This document shows, piece by piece, positions 8,739 to 17,923 of a stretch of DNA of 64,000 nt. Source of the DNA: a virus. The notes beneath the pieces were generated by a model. It ran no database searches. It saw only the letters and a program-made list of their open reading frames with translations, and had not been told where the DNA came from. A program made the translations under genes and the position numbers. Location of the stretch: the IMG/VR virus record IMGVR_UViG_3300025132_007932, positions 1 to 64,000 of that record; one strand, given 5' to 3'. How positions within the stretch are numbered: position 1 is the stretch's first letter; every line of letters starts with the position of its first letter.

Positions 8739-9760
8739 AACTAATACTTGAAAATTGGCGCCAATATGTAGCTGAGAGCGAACAAGCATCTCACTATGGT
8801 GATTTGTATTTGTTTGAAAATGATACAGTCACTAAAACATCTTTTTATGATGCTCTCAATACTTTATCTGAATCAAATGGCGCCGTCGATACATTTTTAG
8901 AAAACTGGGAAAAATCTGTTGACCACCAATTACAAAATTTAAATGAACAAGAATTTAGTCCACTTTTTAAATTAGCAACCCAAGCTTGGATGATACAAAA
9001 CAAATTTAAAGAGAAAGCGGCCGAAAAGGTTATTGCTGTCAGCAAAAAGATTAATGATTTTTCTGAAAAGAATCCAAAGACTGTAAAGGTAGCCAAAGTA
9101 GTTGTGGGTGGATTACTTGCTGCGGCCGCTGTTTATTATATTTATAAAGTTGTTGATAAGGGCGGTGATGCATCCGATGTTATGGAGTTGGCCCAGTCAT
9201 TACAACCAGAAGATCCCGATTTAGCTCGGGAAGTAGCTGAATGTGCACAAGAGTTTAGTCCAGAAAAGATAGCAGAGTTCGCGCAAGAGCAACAAGGTGT
9301 TGTTGATAAAGTAGCAGACACACTTTCGGCCGCTGGTGAACCTGCGCTAGATCAAATGGGGCAAGCAGCAGAAGCAGTTTCTGATGATATGACACAAGAA
9401 GTGTCTGGTTTAGATCGTTGGGCGGAGATGTTTGATTCTGGTGAGTTTGGGAAAGCAACAGATGCGCCCGAACTGACAGATAAAGAAGCTAGAGATACTT
9501 GGGATCAGCTCACGGGCCAAAAAGATTTTGCTAATGATCCATCATATAAGCCGGGTGGTGGAGATAAAGGATTAGACGATTGGGCCAAAATTTGGGATAA
9601 AGAATATGGCCCAGGGGAAGATCCAGTAGCTAGACCCTCAAGAGTTCCACAAACCCCAGACGAGGCGGCTGCATGGGAAGATCTTATTGCACAAGACCGG
9701 GCTGATAGCATGCCTAAAACAAAGCCTAGAAAATGGCCATTTAAGAAGTTTAGTAAATGA
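8735..9760 (+). CDS. tagged putative head-cargo/ejection protein
   Basis: Start reassigned to GTG 8735 (MKLILENWRQYVAE); one hydrophobic helix; acidic W-containing repeats in the C-terminus. Confidence 0.65.
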   Translation: MKLILENWRQYVAESEQASHYGDLYLFENDTVTKTSFYDALNTLSESNGAVDTFLENWEKSVDHQLQNLNEQEFSPLFKLATQAWMIQNKFKEKAAEKVIAVSKKINDFSEKNPKTVKVAKVVVGGLLAAAAVYYIYKVVDKGGDASDVMELAQSLQPEDPDLAREVAECAQEFSPEKIAEFAQEQQGVVDKVADTLSAAGEPALDQMGQAAEAVSDDMTQEVSGLDRWAEMFDSGEFGKATDAPELTDKEARDTWDQLTGQKDFANDPSYKPGGGDKGLDDWAKIWDKEYGPGEDPVARPSRVPQTPDEAAAWEDLIAQDRADSMPKTKPRKWPFKKFSK

Positions 9761-10449
9761 AACTCCTACTTGAAAATTGGCGAGGGTATTTAAGCGAGCA
9801 GAGGTCTGCCGAAAATCTTGTAGAAGAAATTTGGGCAGGTAATTATGTTACTGAAATACTCATAATAGAAGAGCAACAGAGATTGCTTGACGAGAGTATT
9901 GGATCGTTTTTTAGTAATTCTTTTAACTCAGTAAAAAAACAGATACAAAGTTTCAACGATTGGAAGGATAACCAGTTGATGTCCTTTGTTGACGCGTCAC
10001 TAAAAAAATTACAAAGCTTTTTTTCCAGCATGCGAACAATTGCAGTAAAAACAAAAAACAATATTCTTTTAAAACTATTTCCAAAATATAGATCCAGGCA
10101 AATAGTTCAAGCTTTTGGAGTGTTGAGAAGTCCAAAATACTTAAAAGCTGGTGCGGCGATATTAGCGATAGTTTTGCAAAAACTAGTTGAACTTGGAGCT
10201 AAAGCTATATTAGATACCATGTCTGGGGGAGTTGCTAGTGCAGCAAAAATTGCTGCCTTTGTACAACAAAATTTAGAAAAAATAAAGCTATTAATTCAAA
10301 CAGTTGTTACTGCGTTGGATCCGAGCGGTATTTTATCAATGTTAAAGGATGTGGCAGAATCTCAAGGCTGGTTACAAACTTTGATTGATTTAAGAAGTGA
10401 TTTAAAAAACCCTTTCAAGGGTTTTGAAAAAGGCATTGCTAGCGCGTGA
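9757..10449 (+). CDS. tagged putative head-cargo protein, amphipathic helical
   Basis: N-terminus MKLLLENWRGYLSE; A/L/G-rich hydrophobic helices. Confidence 0.65.
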   Translation: MKLLLENWRGYLSEQRSAENLVEEIWAGNYVTEILIIEEQQRLLDESIGSFFSNSFNSVKKQIQSFNDWKDNQLMSFVDASLKKLQSFFSSMRTIAVKTKNNILLKLFPKYRSRQIVQAFGVLRSPKYLKAGAAILAIVLQKLVELGAKAILDTMSGGVASAAKIAAFVQQNLEKIKLLIQTVVTALDPSGILSMLKDVAESQGWLQTLIDLRSDLKNPFKGFEKGIASA

Positions 10450-11132
10450 AACTCCTACTTGAAAATTGGCGAAAGTTTATCGCGGAAAATTATGAGCCCG
10501 TAACTACTCTGCGTATTTTTGATTTTGATGAGACAATAGCACACACCGAATCAGAAACACGTGTCACGGCGCCGGATGGTTCAACTGCCACATTGCGAGA
10601 TCAAAAAGAATTTGAGGAATACATGAACGCAGCTGCAGAAAAAGAAGGTATAGATTCTTTCGATGCAGTTGATGGATTAATTAATGCTGGATACAAGATA
10701 GACCTCAGTGACTTTTCTATTGTAAAAAATCCTCTTGAGATTAAATTAGTCACGGACGTACTAAGAAACTTTTCAGAAAATTCTAGAACCTATATTTTAA
10801 CAGCTCGAAGAGGCAAGTCTCTTGGACCAATTTTAGACTACCTTGATGAAATAGGAATTGATTCATCTAAAATTAGACCGATTGCAACCGCAGGAGAATC
10901 GAAGGGCGATGTTATGGTAAAAATGTTAAGTAATAAAATTATGCCTGATGGAAAATCAAACATCAATCGTATTGAATATTACGAAGATTCTCAAAAAAAT
11001 ATTGATGATGTGCTGACAAAAGTTTGCGATAATCCCGAAATAAATGACGTTAAACCATTAGATTTTGAGTTGGTCATAAACAAAGTCATTAATAATGGTG
11101 GTCAGTATACTGTTGAGAAGATTAAATGCTAG
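10446..11132 (+). CDS. HAD-superfamily phosphatase with N-terminal tag
   Basis: Motif I IFDFDET, motif II ILTAR, motif IV YYEDS; N-terminus MKLLLENWRKFIAE. Confidence 0.8.
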   Translation: MKLLLENWRKFIAENYEPVTTLRIFDFDETIAHTESETRVTAPDGSTATLRDQKEFEEYMNAAAEKEGIDSFDAVDGLINAGYKIDLSDFSIVKNPLEIKLVTDVLRNFSENSRTYILTARRGKSLGPILDYLDEIGIDSSKIRPIATAGESKGDVMVKMLSNKIMPDGKSNINRIEYYEDSQKNIDDVLTKVCDNPEINDVKPLDFELVINKVINNGGQYTVEKIKC

Positions 11133-11167
11133 TCTGATAACTAATTAAGAGAGTTGGAGGGCGAATT

Positions 11168-11491
11168 ATGGCACCTAGTGAAAATGGATGGAATGAATAC
11201 TCTAGACTTGTTTTAGAGCAACTTGAATCATTATCAATCGGCATTGATGCATTGAGAGATGAGCTACAAGATATAAAGCAAGAAATGACTTTAATGAAAG
11301 CAAAAGAAGATCGTGTTATTGATTTAAAAAATTGGAAAGAACGTATTGATGAGGTCGCATCGCCGCCGCAACTTAAAAACGCTTTAAAAGAAATAGAAGA
11401 TTTGAAAATATTCAAAACAAAAGCGATAACTATTTTTATGATAGCACAAGCTTTAACTGGCTTTATTTTAGCTTATGCTCATATAATTTAA
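11168..11491 (+). CDS. coiled-coil protein with C-terminal TM helix
   Basis: Heptad pattern then a hydrophobic C-terminus; GGAGG SD. Confidence 0.6.
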   Translation: MAPSENGWNEYSRLVLEQLESLSIGIDALRDELQDIKQEMTLMKAKEDRVIDLKNWKERIDEVASPPQLKNALKEIEDLKIFKTKAITIFMIAQALTGFILAYAHII

Positions 11492-11492
11492 T

Positions 11493-11521
11493 TTGCATTT
11501 TTTTGTAAAATATGTTATAAG
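11493..11521 (+). promoter_or_regulatory. sigma70-like promoter
   Basis: TTGCAT-N17-TATAAG with TG extension, 5 nt before ATG 11527. Confidence 0.45.
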
Positions 11522-11526
11522 TTATT

Positions 11527-11802
11527 ATGAAAAATTATAAAATAGGAGATTTAGTAGGATTTAAATGGCCCGGTCACAATAAACATTTGCGGGTGGGAAT
11601 AATTTTGCAAAATTCTAAGAAAAAGTTTATTGTTAAGTGGTTCTGGTATGATAAAAACTTCTATTTGGAGAACCAGTTTAGTGAAGCCAAAAAATTGAAT
11701 AAAAAATATATCACCAGTATTGTTGAATATACTAAAAAAAGTGACGATATTTGCATAGAAATATTGAGTGATGCAAATTCTAGTTACTTATATGGCACCT
11801 AA
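11527..11802 (+). CDS. small SH3/KOW-like beta-barrel protein
   Basis: YKIGDLVGF...VGIIL...FIVKW. Confidence 0.55.
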   Translation: MKNYKIGDLVGFKWPGHNKHLRVGIILQNSKKKFIVKWFWYDKNFYLENQFSEAKKLNKKYITSIVEYTKKSDDICIEILSDANSSYLYGT

Positions 11803-12082
11803 ACCGTTAGACATAGATGAAATTAAAAGAATAATTAGGCAAATTTCTGGTAAGCTAGAACCAGATGATGGCCCATTGATTGTTCCCTGTATAATTGTAG
11901 GAAAAGGACATATTTGGTGCTATAATCCGAGAAACAGAGATATGGTAAGAATTCTCAGAGGAACGAAAGTGTTTATTGTTGACAGCAGGGTTGATTCAGA
12001 AAATAGAGTCATGATCTATGCAGAGACTGGAGAGATTGCCTTAATTGAACAAGATGAACTTTTAGTGTTAGGATTTAATTAA
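11792..12082 (+). CDS. hypothetical protein
   Basis: ATG 11792 lies 5 nt after CTAGTTA. Confidence 0.55.
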   Translation: MAPKPLDIDEIKRIIRQISGKLEPDDGPLIVPCIIVGKGHIWCYNPRNRDMVRILRGTKVFIVDSRVDSENRVMIYAETGEIALIEQDELLVLGFN

Positions 12083-12222
12083 TGTTATTTGCTTTTGATA
12101 ATATTTGGAAAACTATTTTAATTTTGGGTGGCGCCTGGGCTATTTATGGGTTGTGTGGATATGAATTCACGGTAATTACTTTATTGGCTGCCTTGTTATC
12201 CCGTGCACTTGTTTGTCGCTAG
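12082..12222 (+). CDS. small membrane protein (46 aa, not in ORF track)
   Basis: MLFAFDNIWKTILILGGAWAIYGLCGYEFTVITLLAALLSRALVCR; TAATG overlap with upstream stop. Confidence 0.5.
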   Translation: MLFAFDNIWKTILILGGAWAIYGLCGYEFTVITLLAALLSRALVCR

Positions 12223-12235
12223 CTTTAATTATAAT

Positions 12236-12499
12236 ATGGAAAAAGAATTAAGTTTTGGAGAATTAGCCGCTCAAGATCTAAATCCCGGAGATATTGTCGA
12301 ATGGCAAACTTGGGACAGTAGAGACAGCGCTTGGGAATCAAATTACGGAATAATTATTGAGATAAAAAACCAGATCAAATCTAATCGCATGATTTCGGTT
12401 TCAAAAGTTATGCCACTAAGCGGACCAAAAATTGAATTAGAGTTTTTTACAATGAGTTTAAAGCTTGTTTCTAAGTCAGATAAAAGTCATCTGACGTAA
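12236..12499 (+). CDS. small SH3/KOW-like beta-barrel protein
   Basis: LNPGDIVEW...YGIIIE. Confidence 0.55.
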   Translation: MEKELSFGELAAQDLNPGDIVEWQTWDSRDSAWESNYGIIIEIKNQIKSNRMISVSKVMPLSGPKIELEFFTMSLKLVSKSDKSHLT

Positions 12500-12541
12500 A
12501 TGAACATTCAATACTATTTATTGCATTGACTTGGAATTCAT

Positions 12542-13657
12542 ATGATTGATACATTGATGCCATTAATAAAACAGTTTATGCCTTTTGCAAAAAAACGTAT
12601 GGGATTTGCGGATCCTCCCAGATTGTTTTTAAAAGGAGATTCCAATAATGCTAAAAATCCTTTGGGAAAAACAGCTTTTTACGATCCGGAGCAAAAGTCA
12701 ATTACGGTATATACTACTGGCCGGCATCCAAAAGACGTTATGAGGTCCTTATCTCACGAATTAGTTCATCACAAACAGAATTGTGATGGCAAATTCGAAA
12801 ACGTTGGAGAAATGGGCGAGGGATACGCTCAGAGTGATGAACATTTGAGAGAAATGGAGCGCGAAGCTTACGAAATAGGCAATATGTGCTTTCGTGATTG
12901 GGAAGACAGCATAAAGAGTACTATTTACTTTGAACATCTACAAAAGGGAGAAAAAAAGATGTCTATAAAAGATTGGAAAAATAACGAATTAAACAAACTT
13001 CTTAACGAAGCTTGGGGTTTTAAATTTAACACCCTACAAGAATTTGAAGAATTTGACGGCGCTGGAGAAGTGCAGGAGGAAGCCGAAGTTCAAGAAGAAG
13101 CTGAAAAGCCGGACTACATTGATATTGATGGTGACGGCGACAAGGAAGAGTCAATGAAAAAGGCTGCGGCAGACAAGAAAGAGAAGAAAGGTGTGGATGA
13201 AGGTGCTTTTTCACCAAACCACTACTGTGTACACCATGGTGGTGTGGAAAGAAACGGCCAGATTGAAATGGCAGAAGCAGTCGGACACAACTATGATCAA
13301 GAGCTTGGAAAAGTCACGCACTATGATATGAAGTTTGAAGACGGAACAATTTCGGAAGGGGTACCCTACGATAGCATTCAAGTCACTAACGCTTCATTAG
13401 CAGAAGCCCACAGCCACTCTATGGCAAAAAGAGATGATGACGAGGATGATAAGGAAGATCTTGATGAATCACCTTCGCACCCTGCGGAAGATAGGGAAGG
13501 TGCACGTGCAACCGGTCGTAGAATAAAGAAAGGAACTGGTGAGCGCGTAGAGGAAATTATCAGCAATTCTAACTTGAGTGACAAGCAAATCAAGGAAGCT
13601 TTGATGAAGGCTATTAAAATAGTTAAGGAAAGAAAAGCAAATGGGCAGGAAAAGTAA
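12542..13657 (+). CDS. zincin (HExxH) domain fused to an acidic modular region
   Basis: SLSHELVHHKQ...EREAYE; acidic C-half with LNE/LQE/LAE/LDE sites; in-frame internal ATG 12959. Confidence 0.7.
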   Translation: MIDTLMPLIKQFMPFAKKRMGFADPPRLFLKGDSNNAKNPLGKTAFYDPEQKSITVYTTGRHPKDVMRSLSHELVHHKQNCDGKFENVGEMGEGYAQSDEHLREMEREAYEIGNMCFRDWEDSIKSTIYFEHLQKGEKKMSIKDWKNNELNKLLNEAWGFKFNTLQEFEEFDGAGEVQEEAEVQEEAEKPDYIDIDGDGDKEESMKKAAADKKEKKGVDEGAFSPNHYCVHHGGVERNGQIEMAEAVGHNYDQELGKVTHYDMKFEDGTISEGVPYDSIQVTNASLAEAHSHSMAKRDDDEDDKEDLDESPSHPAEDREGARATGRRIKKGTGERVEEIISNSNLSDKQIKEALMKAIKIVKERKANGQEK

Positions 13658-13743
13658 AAGTTGAGACTCGAATCGAACTCAAAAAACTTAAACAAAAATT
13701 TATTTTGGACTTATTATGGCTTCAACAAATGGAGGGCGCACAA

Positions 13744-13995
13744 GTGTCTTTAGAAAAAAACTGGCAAGATTTTCTCTATGAGAGTTTAGATGAAAAGACT
13801 ATTTTTACTTATATTCAAGGTCTCGAAGAAATTATTTCCAATCTCAAACCACGAACCGTGACTGAGAAAAGAAGAATGTCTTTAGCTAAACAACACTTAA
13901 GAGAAGTGAAGAGATATGCTAGGCGTATGCAAGGCGATATGCGAGTCTTACAAGAAAAACTTAGTATTCTAGAAGAGTCTAAGGGAGACGAGTAA
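13744..13995 (+). CDS. small helical protein with W-x-x-F-L-x-E tag
   Basis: GGAGG SD then GTG 13744: MSLEKNWQDFLYE. Confidence 0.55.
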   Translation: MSLEKNWQDFLYESLDEKTIFTYIQGLEEIISNLKPRTVTEKRRMSLAKQHLREVKRYARRMQGDMRVLQEKLSILEESKGDE

Positions 13996-16007
13996 TGGGC
14001 GGTGCAGCAGGCCACATGAATCACCCTTTTGATTTAGGGTGGGTTAACAGCGGTAATGATTTGATAGATTTTTTTGGAAGAGCAAAAACGTTTGTTGAAA
14101 AAAAAGGTGCTGGCGCCGTAAAAATTGACGGCGTCAATGTGTCTTTCAAAGTTGTTGGAGACGAAGAAACAAAACAATTTGCAGTAGATAGAGGGTCTTT
14201 GAAGCCAATCGACATTGAAGGTATAACAATGGCCCGAGTTGATGACAGATTTCCGGAAGGACACGGAATGCGGCCGGCAATTAGAACGCTACTAACAATT
14301 TTAAATACAGCTCTTCCATCAATAAAAAATGAATTACAAGAATTGGGGATGCTTGATAATCCTTCAATGTTTCTAAATACCGAGTATGTTGCCGGTACAA
14401 CGAATGTAACTCAATATGATGAAAACTTCTTAGCTATCCATGGACTAAATCAATTTTATCACAAGGTTCACAGTCGAACAGGTCAAGAGAGACCTGGAGC
14501 AGAACGCCCAGAAGGAGTAAAAGCTCCAAGCGTTGAAGTTCCTTTTGATCCGCTAGTGATGGAAAAACTAATTTCGAAATTAAATGTAGTCGCAAATGAA
14601 TACGGATTTGAAGTATATGGTTCTGTACCAACAGAGAGGCTACAAGATTCAGACATAGATTTTGAACGTACCCTTAGTGAACCATTGACAATAAGAGTGT
14701 CAGATGACCGTGAGATTACCAAATCATTAAGAGAATGGCTATCAGAGGCCTCTAATCCGCGTTATAAGAGCGTTAAGCTCAAAAATGGTAAGAAGACCCA
14801 CCCACTACATAAAGAGCTTTACAAAGCGATTCTAGACGGTTCTGTGCCAATTGTGGAATTAATCGAAGATTCTGATGCAGAAGCTGCAATATATGGTGCT
14901 ATCATGATGCACGCAACTCGTATGTTAGGAAATGATGTTCTCAAAGGATTAACCAGTCCAATGGGTAATGTGATGGACCACGAAGGCGTTGTTTTGCGTG
15001 ATGAAAAATTATTTGGCCCAAATCCAGTAAAAATTACCGGTGAGTTTATTCTCGGTGGAATGGGATCCGCTTTCCAAGCGGACACGTCACTAAACGAAGA
15101 GGACGATGAAATAGAGATAGAGGACGAGGATGCTGATCCTGTTGGCCCTTCAAAAGTTATTGCTGTTGTTCCTGGTGCATTCAAGCCACCTCACAAGGGA
15201 CACCTTGCGATGGTTGAAGAATATGCCTCGCAAGCAGATGAAGTTACTGTATTGATATCTGCCCCACTAAAATCTTCTCGCAAATTACCAAATGGTCGCG
15301 AGATAACGAGTGGTGATTCCAAAAGAGTGTGGGAGTTGCTAACTAGACAGCTTCCAAACGTAGATGTGCAAGTATCTGGGCATGCATCACCTATTACAGC
15401 CACATACGAATTCATAGGAAAGGATGGTCCGGTTGAGCCCGGTACAGAAGTAATACTTGGAGTTAGCACCAAGGGAGGGGACGCAGCAAGGTTTAAAGAA
15501 GCTGCTAAATATGTCAAGGATGGAGTTCTGTTGCGTGATTTATCTAGCGCTGCTGTACAACCAGTTGCACATTCTTCCCAATATATGGGATTATTAAATG
15601 TGTCTCCTCTGAAAGATGATATGCCAAGTGTTAAATCAGGCAAGAACCCTTTAGCATTCCACGCCTCTGATATGAGATATCTTCTCGGTAAAGCCGATGA
15701 AGATGAGGAAGCGATTGAGTTGCTTGAAGACTTTGTTGGCGAAGCCAACATATTTGATTTGCTCTCAATATTTGATATTGATAGTGGAATGAATGAAATC
15801 TCTTCAATGGCATCCGGCGCCGTCCAGGGCGCTATGGTCGGTTCTGATGGAACTTCTTGGAATTCAGACGCGACAAAGAAATTTAATAAAAAACAAAAAG
15901 AAATAAGCAAGCTTACTGGCAAGAATCTTGCTATAAAAGAAAATGTTGACATAAGCACGATAGATGATGTTATGAGACTAATTATGGAAAAAGGAATTAT
16001 GAGATGA
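13995..16007 (+). CDS. ligase-like covalent nucleotidyltransferase domain fused to HxGH (cytidylyltransferase-like) domain
   Basis: KIDG (motif I), EGVVLR (motif IV), PVKITG (motif V); acidic LNE linker; PGAFKPPHKGH and HASDMR. Confidence 0.7.
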   Translation: MGGAAGHMNHPFDLGWVNSGNDLIDFFGRAKTFVEKKGAGAVKIDGVNVSFKVVGDEETKQFAVDRGSLKPIDIEGITMARVDDRFPEGHGMRPAIRTLLTILNTALPSIKNELQELGMLDNPSMFLNTEYVAGTTNVTQYDENFLAIHGLNQFYHKVHSRTGQERPGAERPEGVKAPSVEVPFDPLVMEKLISKLNVVANEYGFEVYGSVPTERLQDSDIDFERTLSEPLTIRVSDDREITKSLREWLSEASNPRYKSVKLKNGKKTHPLHKELYKAILDGSVPIVELIEDSDAEAAIYGAIMMHATRMLGNDVLKGLTSPMGNVMDHEGVVLRDEKLFGPNPVKITGEFILGGMGSAFQADTSLNEEDDEIEIEDEDADPVGPSKVIAVVPGAFKPPHKGHLAMVEEYASQADEVTVLISAPLKSSRKLPNGREITSGDSKRVWELLTRQLPNVDVQVSGHASPITATYEFIGKDGPVEPGTEVILGVSTKGGDAARFKEAAKYVKDGVLLRDLSSAAVQPVAHSSQYMGLLNVSPLKDDMPSVKSGKNPLAFHASDMRYLLGKADEDEEAIELLEDFVGEANIFDLLSIFDIDSGMNEISSMASGAVQGAMVGSDGTSWNSDATKKFNKKQKEISKLTGKNLAIKENVDISTIDDVMRLIMEKGIMR

Positions 16008-16801
16008 ATCAAAAAGAAGAAGAAATCCTCAGAGAAAATATAAGACATATGATCAGACATGTCAAGCAAAAAAGAACAGACGAAGAAAAAGATCTTCGTG
16101 AGGTTATTCGCTCGTTTATTGATATTGAACTTAAGACATTAAAAGAGGCGCAAACCCCAGACAACAGCCCAACCCCAAACAAATCAACTGGAATTAACGT
16201 TTTAGAAGATCTCCTTAAGAAGATTATACCAGTTTTGGAAACAGATTACAAGCTTTTAACAACAAGTTCTTCTCAAAGACAATCTTTTAGATCACACGTG
16301 ATTCAGGCTGTGGTCAATACATTGACGCCGGCAATCACCAATAATGAAGCCGATGACGAGGCTGACCAATTGCAGGAAATTGATGAATTCATAGATATGG
16401 ATGAAGAAATCGAAATTGACGTTGGTGGTGAAGGTGGTGATGATGGTAAGTTTATCGATATTAGAACAGACGCAGAAAAATCAGCTGATGATGAACAGGA
16501 AGAAGAGGACCCTGTAGATTCTTTTGGAATCGAAGGTGAAGATGAGACCGGTCGCAATATGGCTTACCAAAGCTTTAAGAAAATTGAAACTAGCGTTATT
16601 GATTCTTATGAGCTTCTTTCAAATGAAGAAGATCAGGAGCTTTTTTATGATTATCTGATTGCAAATCTAAAACTTTACTTTGATAAGTTTGAAACAGAAT
16701 TAGCCGATCAAGTAGATGAGCCTACAAATCAGGCTTACGATATGGCAAAATCAGATCCTGGGCCAGATCAAGAAGAAGCTGCTCCGGAATTAGAATTCTA
16801 A
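16004..16801 (+). CDS. acidic hypothetical protein, putative head/scaffold-associated
   Basis: LRENIR / LREVIRSFIDIELKTLKE; internal repeat of the DYxLL pattern. Confidence 0.6.
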   Translation: MNQKEEEILRENIRHMIRHVKQKRTDEEKDLREVIRSFIDIELKTLKEAQTPDNSPTPNKSTGINVLEDLLKKIIPVLETDYKLLTTSSSQRQSFRSHVIQAVVNTLTPAITNNEADDEADQLQEIDEFIDMDEEIEIDVGGEGGDDGKFIDIRTDAEKSADDEQEEEDPVDSFGIEGEDETGRNMAYQSFKKIETSVIDSYELLSNEEDQELFYDYLIANLKLYFDKFETELADQVDEPTNQAYDMAKSDPGPDQEEAAPELEF

Positions 16802-16817
16802 ATAAAAGAGAGGTTTA

Positions 16818-17345
16818 ATGGAATATTCATATACAGAATGGATAAAATATATAATAAATTTTGGTTTGAGCGATACGCCGGCTGATTGTATGGAGGCTGT
16901 TGAAACATGTTTAAGTTTCATTTTCTTAGGATTGCGACCAAGAGTAGACTTGGAAGATGATGATAGCAGGTGGATGAGTCTTGCAGAAACAAAGATTGCA
17001 ATTACAAGTTTTGATCCGACACCAATAGTAAGCGATAATCCAGCTTTTGTACCCAAGGTACCGGAGGAAGATAGGGCTCTAAAGGCAAAAGATATTGCTG
17101 CAGCACAAGCATTGCTTTTTGGCAAAATGTGCAAGCAATTTATTCTCTACTCTCACAAAAATTGGCTTCATACTATTGAAGAAGTTGCATTCCCGGCAGT
17201 ATTCTCCTCTGCTTCGGAACACACACACAAAGATCCCGATGGAGATACACACCCCGGATCCGGAGTCTTTTCAAAAGATGTTTCTGGGCCACCGCGGACA
17301 TCTTGGCCTACCAATGATTTGGAAGACATAGTTTCAGACTTCTAA
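16818..17345 (+). CDS. hypothetical protein
   Basis: 175 aa ORF with GAGG SD. Confidence 0.55.
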   Translation: MEYSYTEWIKYIINFGLSDTPADCMEAVETCLSFIFLGLRPRVDLEDDDSRWMSLAETKIAITSFDPTPIVSDNPAFVPKVPEEDRALKAKDIAAAQALLFGKMCKQFILYSHKNWLHTIEEVAFPAVFSSASEHTHKDPDGDTHPGSGVFSKDVSGPPRTSWPTNDLEDIVSDF

Positions 17346-17369
17346 TCCAAATAAATTTTTACATAAAAC

Positions 17370-17398
17370 TTGACAAATTTAAAATTTACTATTATACT
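17370..17398 (+). promoter_or_regulatory. sigma70-type promoter
   Basis: TTGACA-N17-TATACT. Confidence 0.75.
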
Positions 17399-17414
17399 AA
17401 AGTTGTGACTGCGA

Positions 17415-17750
17415 ATGAAAGCTACTACAGTTAATAAAAGTGTAATAAAGTTACTAAAGAATAAAAACTTAATAAATGATGAATTATTAACATGTATGAA
17501 CTCTCTTACAATTGAAGATTTAATCGCAATAAAGTTTGAACTTTCAGCAAACAATATTAATAACAGACTTTATGGATTTGACATTTGGAGAAATTCAGGA
17601 TACATTATTAAAGAAGCTCTTTTAAAATTTGCAATATCAACAACTAATTCAAAAAAAGATGCAGCTAGATTTTTAGGATTAACGTATTCTGAATTCAAAA
17701 GAGTTTTATCTACTTACAAAGTAAAAGATTACTTTTTAGACGATATTTGA
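17415..17750 (+). CDS. Fis-like HTH DNA-binding protein
   Basis: C-terminal EALLKFAISTTNSKKDAARFLGLTYSEF resembles the Fis/HTH_8 helix-turn-helix. Confidence 0.65.
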   Translation: MKATTVNKSVIKLLKNKNLINDELLTCMNSLTIEDLIAIKFELSANNINNRLYGFDIWRNSGYIIKEALLKFAISTTNSKKDAARFLGLTYSEFKRVLSTYKVKDYFLDDI

Positions 17751-17923
17751 AAACTAAAACCATTCGGTATAAATATACTAAGGTAACGGTGGCTCCATAC
17801 CTATTATGAGCCTCCACACCAGTGAGGTAAAAACAAAACAACTATAGGTCAGCTGTGGTGAGCAAAAGATCCACAACCGGATGTAATTTTTTCAAAAAAA
17901 GCCTATTTATTTGTGAGGTGAAT

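Larger units (their letters stand above)
8735..10472 (+). repeat. three 27-nt direct repeats at gene starts (8735-8761, 9757-9783, 10446-10472)
   Basis: gtgaaactaatacttgaaaattggcgc / atgaaactcctacttgaaaattggcga / gtgaaactcctacttgaaaattggcga. Confidence 0.9.

Noticed and set aside
8735-10472. 27-nt repeats as a CRISPR array or integron attC sites
   Set aside because: Spacing is 0.7-1 kb of coding sequence; the repeats are coding and non-palindromic; no integrase in the window
13627-13744. Programmed -1 frameshift fusing ORF 12542 to the 13705/13744 ORF (that frame is open from 13627)
   Set aside because: No canonical X XXY YYZ slippery heptamer, and the downstream gene has its own GGAGG SD and GTG
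15191-16069. 292-aa minus-strand ORF, and other minus-strand ORFs such as 53133-53663 and 6069-6509
   Set aside because: Antisense shadows of well-supported + strand genes; Ser/Phe-rich composition typical of reverse-complemented acidic ORFs; no motifs
17751-17900. Hairpins in the gap before the redoxin gene (GGCT-C-CATA/TATG-AGCC; TGTGG/CCACA)
   Set aside because: Short stems without a U-tract or recognisable family; insufficient to call an RNA or terminator
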